Assembly (NCBI GenBank): GCA_964035545.1
Contig: OZ037768.1
Span: 1,116,001-1,180,000 of the forward strand
Reading direction: 5' to 3'
DNA: 64,000 bases
DNA from: Bugula neritina
Taxonomy: Eukaryota; Animalia; Bryozoa
Every line of letters starts with the position of its first letter. The stretch's first letter is position 1. Shown in pieces: positions 1-12,000 of this stretch. Position numbers and translations under genes: made by a program. The notes under the pieces were generated by a model. That model saw only the letters and a program-made list of their open reading frames with translations, had not been told where the DNA came from and did not search any database.

Positions 1-3000
1 CAGTTGAGGTGAAAGGTTTCCCCCTCTGTCTACGTAAAGTTCTTGTGTTGTCTTTCATGGGAAGGGATAGACATGATTTCATCTGCTTCAGGGTCAACCC
101 GGAGTATGGTGAGTGCCCGGGACTCGGCACTGGAGCCCTCCTACGACAGTCACAGTCAGCAACACTCGACAGCAGCTCTTGACCCAGTGGCCGTCCAATC
201 AGGAGCTGTATACCAGACTGCCACTACCTCTGCTCAGCCATCTCCAATGGAGACAGGAGTTGTATACCAGACTACCACTACATCTGCTCAGCCATCTTCA
301 ATGGCGACAGAAGTTGTATACCAGACTACCACTACGTCTGCTCAGCCATCTTCAATGGCGACAGAAGTTGTATACCAGACTGCCACTTTGTCTGCTCAGC
401 CATCTCCAATGGAGACAGAAGGTAAACTAACCTACATTTCAGCTGCAGCAGTAAATGTTATCTACAGCAATAAGTATTTGCAGTAGTAGGCATTAGCTGC
501 AACAGTAAGTGATAGCTAAAGCTTGCAATGTACGTGCAGGCATCTGCTTCTTTATTTTGTAGAAACAGGAACTAAAGTAAATAGCGGTTCTACTGTGGAC
601 ACTGTGGTCTCAAGTAAATCTATGGAATACAGTAAGTGACTTTATTCTATAGACTATAGAGTACAGTAAGTGATTTTATTCTATAGACTATAGAGTACAG
701 TAAGTGACTTTATTCTATATTCTATAGAGTACAGTAAGTGACTTTATTCTATATTCTATAGAGTTTTAAACCTACTAATTTCGAAAATATATACTGCATC
801 ACAATATTACAATAAATTCCATGTCACAAGAGGTTAAAACTTTATTCTATATTCTATAGAGTACAGTAAGTGACTTTATTCTATAGACTATAGAGTACAG
901 TAAGTGACTTTATTCTATATTCTATAGAGTACAGTAAGTGACTTTATTCTATATAGAGTACAGTAAGTGACTTTATTCTATAGACTATAGAGTACAGTAA
1001 GTGACTTTATTCTATATTCTATAGAGTACAGTAAGTGACTTTATTCTATAGACTATAGAGTACAGTAAGTGACTTTATTCTATAGACTATAGAGTACAGT
1101 AAGTGACTTTATTCTATATAGAGTACAGTAAGTGACTTTATTCTATAGACTATAGAGTACAGTAAGTGACTTTATTCTATATTCTATAGAGTACAGTAAG
1201 TGACTTTCTTCTATATAGAGTACAGTAAGTGACTTTATTCTATAGACTATAGAGTACAGTAAGTGACTTTATTCTATATTCTATAGAGTACAGTAAGTGA
1301 CTTTATTCTATAGACTATAGAGTACAGTAAGTGACTTTATTCTATAGACTATAGAGTACAGTAAGTGACTTTATTCTATATAGAGTACAGTAAGTGACTT
1401 TATTCTATAGACTATAGAGTACAGTAAGTGACTTTATTCTATATTCTATAGAGTACAGTAAGTGACTTTATTCTATATAGAGTACAGTAAGTGACTTTAT
1501 TCTATAGACTATAGAGTACAGTAAGTGACTTTATTCTATATTCTATAGAGTACAGTAAGTGACTTTATTCTATAGACTATAGAGTACAGTAAGTGACTTT
1601 ATTCTATAGACTATAGAGTACAGTAAGTGACTTTATTTTATGGAGTATATTTTGTGAATTTTTATGCTGTGTAATGTAGGTCACGTGGAGATAAAGAGGC
1701 TGTTCACTGAGCAGCCTTTAGACATGCACAACATGTTAGAGATCCATATTGAAGAATTTGCCGGTCCTGACTGGCACACAACTAAGTACCAACATTCCTA
1801 CGACAGCAAGTCAGAAGTGCTGAGATTTGACATGTGTCATCAAGGTATATGTAGCGTATATACTGTATGAGTTATCAAGGTATCTGTAGTGTATATACTG
1901 TATGAGTTATCAAGGTATATGTAGTGTATATACTGTATGAGTCATCAAGGTATATGTAGTGTATACTGTATGAGTCATCAAGGTATATGTAGTGTATATA
2001 CTGTATGAGTTATCAAGGTATCTGTAGTGTATATACTGTATGAGTTATCAAGGTATATGTAGTGTATATACTGTATGAGTCATCAAGGTATATGTAGTGT
2101 ATACTGTATGAGTCATCAAGGTATATGTAGTGTATATACTGTATGAGTTATCAAGGTATATGTAGTGTATATACTGTATGAGTCATCAAGGTATATGTAC
2201 TCTGTAGTGTATATACTGTATGAGTTATCAAGGTATATGTAATGTATATACTCTATGAGTCATCAAGGTATCTGTACTCTGTAGTGTATATACTGTATGA
2301 GTTATCAAGGTATATGTAGTGTATATACTGTATGAGTCATCAAGGTATATGTAATGTATATACTCTATGAGTCATCAAGGTATCTGTACTCTGTAGTGTA
2401 TATACTGTATGAGTTATCAAGGTATATGTAATGTATATACTCTATGAGTCATCAAGGTATATGTAGTGTATATACTGTATGAGTTATCAAGGTATATGTA
2501 GTGTATATACTGTATGAGTTACCAAGGTATATGAAGTGTAGTGTAGTGTAGTCTTCTCCTGTCCATTGCAGACATAGTAAAGTTTCTCGGTGAAAAGCAA
2601 TGTTTGTTTGAAGATGATGATTCCTCCCTCCTTTCTGTGAAGCCACTAGATTCAGGTAACTACATTTTAAAATCTTGACAATGATGTCTATTGCTCTACT
2701 TTTTGCAATGAAGTCTAGACAGGGTGTTGTGTTGCCAAGATAATCATATCACAACTTCCTGCTACCATTATTTATAATCAATAGTGTAATGCTTTGCTTT
2801 CTAAAATCACCATTAGCTGCTCGACCTCTTGCAAAGGTGTTAAATTAGGTTGTCTACACTTTCCTTTATGTGACTATCTAAAAGTTTTGTACTGATAGGT
2901 AAAGTGGTAACAGTTGCTGTGGTCGACCGTAAAACAATGAAACTGGGAAAGAAAGACCTGCTGGACTACTTCGGAGCAGACGGGGAGTTCTCCTGTAAAG

Positions 3001-6000
3001 TCGACATCTTGTATTTCTCTATCTCAGAAGCCGACCTGCAAATGGAGACTTACTCAGGTGTGCCATCTGTCACTGTGTGTCACCTGTTGTTGTGTTGTCT
3101 GTTGATGTGTCATCTGTCATTGTGTGTCAGCTGTCAGCCTGTATCACCTGTCACTGTGTGTCACCTGTCACTCTGTGCCATCTGTCACTTGGTGTCGTCT
3201 GTCACTTGGTGTCGTCTGTCACTTGGTGTCATCTGTCACTGTGTGTCGCCTGTCACTCTGTGCTGTCTGTCACTCTGTGTCACCTGTCACTTTGTGTCAC
3301 CTGTCACTCTGTGCCATCTGGGAGCAGTTGACTTTATCTTGACAGAGTTTGTGTTGTTGGCTTTACTGGTTGGTTTATTCATTGTATATATTCTAATATC
3401 AAGCAGGATATGCCTGTGTTGTCACATGTCTCTATACTCAGCGGCTCGGAGCTCAGTTGTTGATCACATAGCACTCACTCACTCACTCACTCACTTACTC
3501 ACTCACTCACTCACTCACTCACTCACTCACTCACTCACTCACTCTCTCTCTCACTCACTCACTCTCACTCACTCAATCACTCACTCAATCACTCACTCAA
3601 TCACTCACTCACTCAATCACTCACTCAATCACTCAATCACTCACTCAATCACTCACTCAATCACTCACTCACATAGCACTTCTGGTCATTATATTTCTCT
3701 GAATTTTATTGGCCGCTACCTATGTGTCTGTGACTGACTAGGTAAACTTATCAACGCAATCCCATATAATACTGTTATATATTATTAATACTGTTATCAT
3801 GTTGCAGCTGCATCTCTGGTTGTGAGCATTGGAGAACACAGTCTAAAGAACTCCGTAAAGGTGCGGGCCATCTTTGCCTCTGAGATTCCCAGAGAAGTTG
3901 GAGGGGGAGGAGATACTGCTAATGGTTGGTTACTAACCAGTGACATTCTCTCAGCTCTTCATGTCTTGCTTTCTATAAGTAACAGAGTATCTTTTACAAT
4001 TATGCTATTAGTTATTAATTATTACAATGAAACTTTGTTCTATATTAGAGAAGGCCCCAGCAGTTTCTTCATCACTGATTCAAATTGATTCACTTTACTT
4101 GATATCTACGAGCTTTTTCTTTTTCTATGTGGTTTAGTTGTGGTGGTTGAGTCGACTCTGGCTCTCAATATATTGAAGAAGTTTATGCAGAGTAGGCACA
4201 AAGGGGCCGTCACTCAGCAGCTTAGCGACTGCTGCTACACGGTGGAATTCACCAACGCTGAAGGTAAGAAAAAGTGGATCTCCTTTAAAGTGCTCAGCCT
4301 AAAGCAGTGTATACACATGTGGTTAGACAGGATTCTGTGTCCTCAACATGTTCATCTGTTTCCTTTATGTATTTCAAGACGCAAAGAAAGTTCTGGAACA
4401 AGAAATGTTGCAGTATAAAGAGAATAAGATTCTAGTTAGAAGTTATGACTCGTCTGTAGAAGGGAGCACAACTCCCAGCTTTAGCCAGCCTGATAATGCT
4501 TGTAAGTAGTGGCCATAGAACGTATCTGTATTGTAGCTTCTACTCAATGGCCTAAGTTGATCCGATGATCATATTCGTAGAACGGAGAGAGTTGATTGGT
4601 CAATGTGTAATAAACTTTACTCTAGCTTACCGTTGCTTATAGGTTTAAATATATGCTCTTTCATAATATGAATATAACTTTAGTTGTAACAATTGAAGAC
4701 ACTATATATATATTCTAGCTGTTATTGTGTGTAAAGTGTGTGATATTTGTGTATTCCAGTGGTGAGTATAGAGTCAAACCTCCCCCACAGTGTTCTCAAG
4801 AAGTACATGCAGAGTAAACACAAAGGAACCATCAAGAGGCAAGTCAGCTCCAACTGCTACATTGTCGAGTTTGAAGATCCCGAAGGTACGTTACTTACCT
4901 GTATATGTGTGTATCACCTGTGTATATGTCACGTGTGTGTATCACCTGTGTGTGTACCACCTGTGTGTGTACCACCTCTCTACTCTGTCTAATATTATTC
5001 TGTTGTGTTTTTGAAGAGGCCAAAAAAGTTGTACAAAAAGAGATATTAGAGTTTAAGGATGACAAGATCTTAGCCAAGAGTTATTTCCCCGAAGAGGAGA
5101 AGATTACTCCCGCCCCGAGCCCTGTTGATACCAGTGCTAGTGAGTACTCTCTCCACGTCTGTCAACTAAAGTAGTCAACTCTGAGATTTTAATATGCTCG
5201 AAATATTTTTTTACTTAATTATTCAAATGGGAATAATATTATTGTAAAAGGATTTTTTAGACTAGATATGATACCTTGTTCTTTATTGGTTAAAATCAAA
5301 TAATGTAGTTTTTGCAGGTAACTTTGTTCTTACTGGCACAATAAAAACATGAGTCAGAGTAGTTTATGATGCTAATATTATACTTCTATATGCTCACTCA
5401 TAGCTGAAATAGATGAATTATTAAATAGCTAAGTAAACTGTATTATTTTTATTAGCCCTTATAGAAGTCAAGGCCTTTCCTAAGATGAAGGTCAAGGACA
5501 TGTTCCAGTTGCTAGCGGAGCATTTTCAGCGTGTTCTTGGAGATGACTGGGCACCCACCAAGATAGAACATTCCTATGATGACATACTGCATAAGTTTAG
5601 ATTTGACCTGTCACCATCAGGTGAGTGGAACCTGTCACTACTAACTGTCACACGTCACTACTAGCTGCCCCATGCCACTATCAGCTGTTGAATGTTACTA
5701 CCAGCTGTCACATGTCACTACTAGTTGTCACATGTCACTACTAGTTGTCACATGCCACTATCAGCTGTCATATGTCACTACCAGCTGCCACATGTCTTTT
5801 TTAACTGTCAGTCTTGGGTTCACATACTAAGATTTGCTATTAGCTCTAAGTTTATTTTATGCTCTATTCCACAGCTATATCTCAATTGACCAAAACCAAG
5901 CAGTTCCTTGACGCAGCTGACCCTAGCTCAGAACTACAGTTGACCGTTGGACACACAGGCTAGTAGTTTCATTATCACAGTTATGATGTGTGTGGTGCAT

Positions 6001-9000
6001 ATAGTGGTAGTAGTTGTACACTTACTGTACATTGACTTTAAAGCTGTTATGTAGATTAAAAGTAAGTTTCATGAATGCAGGTAAAGAAGTGCTGATCCGA
6101 AAAGCTGACCGAAATGCGCAAGGAGACCTGAGCAGAACTCAAATCAAAGGCTGTTTCGGCCCTAAAAGTACTTTTCTATCAACTCTGACTATCTTGAGTA
6201 CCGACAAGTCTGTAGCTCAAGTTCAACTTGAGAGTTGCTCTCGTAAGTTATACTCTGTTGTCAATTCTGATGTTTAGTGTGAGTCACAAGCCTGGACACC
6301 TGAGAACATTTATCTCTCTGTATGTTCCTCATTTATGTTCTGAGGCTGATGGTACAGCTAGTGGCAGTATATTTTAGTTCATCTGTTCATACTCCGTTCA
6401 TGATTGGCTAATGCATTCCGTCTGCTGGCTGTTTCAGTGTGCAGTCGCCTAACCTCCAAACGCCTTTTCACCCTCAAAAATGACATGAGAGTGGAAGTTG
6501 TTTTGCCTAACCAGCAGACGGAAGGAATTGATGACGAGATGGAAGTTACAGGAAGCTTAGCCAGCCAATCAGGTTCAGGTAAGTCTTGCTGACACATATG
6601 ACCTGTCGGCAGCAGTTTAATCAGACTACAATTACTCTGTCTTTAAATAAAAAGCATATCATTACAATGGTATCATTATTAGGCTCACCGCTAGAGTATG
6701 GGAGAGATTTTCTACTGAAATTTCGAGAAATACGAAATGATAATTTGTTTGCCAAAAAGGACTTCCCAAATGAGATACGTATAGGTGAGATGATGTGGAA
6801 GCAGACAGTGGTGTTTATATAGCTGTTGTCTGTGCTTCTAGATAGCCTGATTAACCAACCCCATTTGCTATGCTCAACACTTACATAATACTTGTTTCAT
6901 TCAATCAGTAGCTGAAAGTAGCTTCGATAAATTTTTCTAAAATAGTTTTGAAATTATCTTTCTAAGTTTCAAATACTGTTTGGCTATGCTAGGTGTTGTT
7001 TTTTGTTTTATCTTATTTATCTTTTCTTGTATTATTTTTCTTATTATATTGCTGACTGTTTAAGTTAGATTGTGAAATGCGACTGGTCATTTAGAAAAGT
7101 ATCTCATTCTTGAGAAGGCGGGTTTAGAGTATCATTTCATGTAAATTGTTGTTTCATTTTCTCTCCTGCCCAGCTTATTAAACCAGATGTTGGTATCAGC
7201 ATAGAACGCACTGCTTTAAATAAAATATCTTCTGATCTTCTTACTTTTAGCCAAATCAGTATTATAATGTTTATTTTCACCTACACACATAGTCTATATA
7301 CATTCAGCACAGCTGGGAATCCCTTCAACTAGTGATATGTACTTAGAGTTGTCACACTAATGATAGGCGAAGTTTATTTCTAGACCAACAGCAGAGTTTG
7401 GTAAATATAAGAGGGTGTTGAGCTACATCTGTTTATTGTCGTATGACTTTAGAGGGGGAAGAGAACTAAACTGACTACAGTTACATTGTGTCTGTCTGTT
7501 CTTGCAGCCAAAGCAGCTAAGCCGAGTAACGCAGCACTGGCCAGCTTTGCGGCAGCTCAACAGACTCTTCTAGTTGACCATCTGCTGGACGTTGACCACG
7601 AAACTCTGTACCTCTGGGTCAAGTCTCTCACAGGATGTTGGTCAAGAAGTATTCAGTTGTCTGCAGACGGGGAGAGAGCCGTAGTGCGAGTTCCTACCAG
7701 TGTCAAGTTGGGTAGGTGTAATGCGTTGGAGTAGTAGTCTCTTCTTTGTTAAGTTCTTTGGCTAATAAGTAAAATAATCATAGGTGAGCTTTCCATTGTC
7801 AATATTTCCATGATGCCTCATATTAGTGGTGTTATAGCTAGTATTAGTCATGATTTCATATGCATTCACAACTCAATATATTGTGCTAAGGAAAGTTTAA
7901 TATCAATCGCGATTGACTATTGATTGATTAGATATCAAGAAATTGGAGAAATTGACTTCTGATGTAAGTTATCATCTCCATGGTGAGAGGCTTGCTATAT
8001 CTGACGTCCTTTCTACCTCCCAAATACAAGTTATTTGCTCCTCCACAAAGTCTACAGCTGACGCTGCCGATAAAGACATCATTGAGACTTACTTCAGTAA
8101 CCCAAAGTATACTGGAATCAAAGACTTTAATGCAATGAAGAAAGTAAAACAAATCTCCCCATTGGATGGTCAGACCATGTTTATTGTGACTTATGCCACT
8201 GCAGATGGTGAGTTATTTAGAAAGTGAGTGAGTGAGTGAGTGAGTGAGTGAGTGAGTGAGTGAGTGAGTGAGTGAGTGAGTGGATGAGTACACAGTCAAA
8301 GTAGGCTCTCAGAGGGTGTATTGTATTGTGCATTTCTGTTTTGTTTGTTACCAAATGATTTGTTTTGTTAGTGTGGAGATTTCTTATCCCTTTCTGTTTT
8401 CAACTACACTAATTTAGTAAATCAATGGCTTGTGTTCAACATTTAGTAAAACTTTTTTGCTCTTTTTAGATATTTTGTAACCTGTAGTTATCTGTACGTG
8501 TATGTTTACATGTGGGAGTTGTCTGTACATGTATGTGTACATGTGGGAGTTGTCTGTACATGTATGTTTACATGTGGGAGTTTGCTGCATGTAATGTGAT
8601 AGGGACAAGATTCGTTGAAAGGGTGATACTGTTGAATGTATATAACATGTGTAGATGTTGACTGTGTGATACGAAAGAAACCCCACAAGCAGAGCCAGTG
8701 GAGGTTTGATGTAGCAGAGTATTATGCAGACGTTAGTGTCTGTAAACCAGACAGTCTGATTGTGTATCCACCTGTTGAAATGGGGGAGACAGAAGGTACG
8801 TCAATGGAGTTATTCTTCAACAATATGCTGTCATAATATAACTTATCCTTTCAGTATAGACCAAGTTGTTGTTTATTTATTTGGTTGTGTTTATCAGTTG
8901 AATTGTGTAAATAGAACAGTTTTACCTACTCTGAGCTTTGATATCTTTACTCTCTCAGATTCCGCCAAGGTTCAGAAGATGCCCGCTCTCTTTGTTAGTG

Positions 9001-12000
9001 GTATTGATGAACGTGACCTTGACACTCTAAGAATGTTGTTGAGTAGTCAGAAACGTTCAGGGGGTGGAGCCATCACATTATGTGACTTTGTTAGAAGAAA
9101 GGAGGGACTCGTGAAAGTCGTATACGAGGATCTCGAAGGTAATAAAGAAGTTAACTGGTTGTTGGTACATCTTGTTATACTTGGCTTACTAACAAAAATT
9201 ACTCTACTTCTGAGTTATAAAGAAAGTGTTGTGTTGACCAAACTGTACTATGAAAGCATACTCTGTACATGCTTGTTGTATGATGAATGCAGTTTCATTC
9301 TTATACTAATGTAATGTTTGCCAATATGTAGATGAGTTTGCAGCCTTCGCTCTCAGCTACTCTCAATTCTCATTAATCTGCTAGTTTTTTACCAACCTTG
9401 ACATTTCAAATCCTTGTTGTAAGGGTTGGATTTCTTCTGAAGCGAGATTTTAGCTACAGTTTCCTTTAAATGAGTTCTTTAAGACTCCACTTTAGCTAAC
9501 AGTTATGTTTTGTAGTTGCGGAAAGAGTGTACTCACGGCATTGTTCCCACAAACCTCTATACTTGAATGATAAAAGCCTGGAGATAGAATTGGAGCTCCC
9601 TTGGTTAACAGACCATCATGATAGACACAGGGTGAGAGTTTCTGGTCTCACAGAGGAGCTGGATCCTGAGAAACTCAGGTTCTACCTCTCAGCTCTCTCC
9701 AACAACTCTGTGACACAGATGAGTTTCAACAAGGAGCAGACACGAGCCATCGCTGAGTTTGAGGAAATACTTGGTGGGTTTTGATTAACTGTTTCAGTTG
9801 ACCTGTCTTGTAAATCAAACAAATGTCTACAGGAGGAAACTATAAGGTTTTCTTAAAAAAGTGTCATGATTTTATTTAAAATTCTGGCAAACAAAAGCAT
9901 TCTAAAGTGTTTATACTTTTAGATTTTGGACTGCTGCTCTCTAATCAGCACAAGTTCCCCCTTCCGGAGTGTTCTCTAAAGATACAGCAGGAACCAAAGC
10001 CATATCAGTTGATAGCAACTGGCTCCCTCACTAAGGATGGTATTGAGCTGCCACTGGAGAACCTGTTGAGAGGAGAAGTTAATAAAGATGTGGATATTGT
10101 GGCTGAGCAGTTGACAGGCTATTCAGATAAATGGATAATAACCACTTCACCAGATGGTAAAGTTTCCTAAACTCTGAATCAGACACTAATAGCTTTTAAC
10201 AAAGTGGTTAGTGTTAGGTTTTACTTAGTGGCAGACCTGGCCAAAGGCCATGCAGTGTGACCGATGCTTCAGAACCAGTAAACTGGTATCAATATAGTTA
10301 ACCCCAGGAGTAAATAATTATTTTATATTGGAAATAAGCAATTTGCCTCAATACTTCTATTTTGGCTCACATTTTTTAGGAAGATAGAGTCAGGATAACA
10401 CAGCAATAGATATAGAGAGATTGTAATCAAGCTAAATGTCCAAATTGTTCCTTTTTGTTGTTGATAATTTGGAATATGTGTTTTATCAATATTTTACCAA
10501 TCGACTTTAAACTTTGTTGCAGTGTTGGAGTTTGTACTTAAACAGAAGAATAGCATACCACGCTGTAAAACTCTCAGCATCCATTCAGACTTCTTAGGAC
10601 CAGAAGCTACATGTGGAGTTCAGAAGAAGGCAGATGAACTCTCCAACTTTGTTGCCGACAACTTATTGTTGAATTTCTTGCAAAACTCTAACCTTCCTGG
10701 GCACAAAAAGTTGGAAGAGTTTTTGTGTGAACACGGAATATCTCTGGCCCCAAAAGGGGTGATAACTTCAAATCTTACTTCAAACAAGCAAATGAACAGG
10801 TTTGTCTTTTTACCATAAAATGTTTTTACTCTGTTTTTGCTGCAATTTTGTGCTTGAAACTTTTAATATTTGTGCTGCTCCATTTGTAGAGAGGTCTTGA
10901 AAAAGTGGAGAAAACGAAGACAGTTGATTGACGACTTTATTAGAAGTAATGTCTCGGTGTACTACACACAAACATTGACCCAACAAGTCTTCAACAAACT
11001 TAAACCAGGGTTCAAAAATTTGTTCTCTAAGAAAGAAGTTGTCACCAAAGTTGTTGAAGGAGAGCCCGTAGGGATTGCTGGCATGAAGGGCAATGTGGAG
11101 CAGCTGACACAGGAATTGACAAGGGCTATAGCCAAATATGAAGCTGAGATTCGAGATGAAAAGGCAACCAAGACAGAAGTTCTTCCTAATGTACTGGACT
11201 ACCAACTCAACTTCCTGAAGCAGACAGACTTTTTCACAACACTTCAGCAAAGGCACAAGTTAAAAGCTGTAATTGGAGATGTCCAACAACGTGCTGTAGC
11301 TTTCACTGGTGTTCCTGCTAACATTGAAGCAGCTCAAAGAGAAACACTCAATTTGCTTCCACATCTGGCGGAGTCAAAGGTGTCCGAACAGAAGAAACCT
11401 TTATTCTTAAAAGTTTTCAAGACATCTATGGCTGAGAAGTCCATCAGACAAGAACTGTTGGCTGCTGGGAAACTGCAAGCTGTTTGGACCGTGGAGAACC
11501 GAACTTTGAGTGTCTACTCTGTTGATAAACCTTCTGCTGTCGAAGCTTTGAAAATAATCAATGCAGTCGTGTGGGAAGCTCAGTACCCACAAGATAGAGA
11601 GTTTGATGAGGCGGAGAAGAAACTCCTCATCTCAGGAAAGTGGAATGACAAGAAAGCTGAACTCTGCAAGACGTTTGAACCTCTAGAGATAGTCAGCTTC
11701 GGTGACAAGCCTGGACTGGGTCTGGCTGGTCTGACACACAACAAAGGTCATGTTTTAGAAGAGATCCCGTTTTTCTTTGCTCAAAATGTTATGAGAACAG
11801 CCGTGTTTGATAAATTTCCGGAAAAGATTTACTTCTTGAGCAAGTATAAAATGGTCGTGCTTAAAGAGTTGGAGGGAAAGCACAATGTCAAGGTTACCAT
11901 CCGGGCAGATGGTAAATCTGTTTCAATCGAAGGTACTCGTGATGACAATGCCAACTTTGGTCGTAGTTTGGATAAACATCTAAAAGATGTTTTTCATGAT

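Noticed and set aside
620-2535. Regular repeats resembling a CRISPR array
   Set aside because: Units are head-to-tail with no unique spacers; eukaryotic intron context; no cas genes
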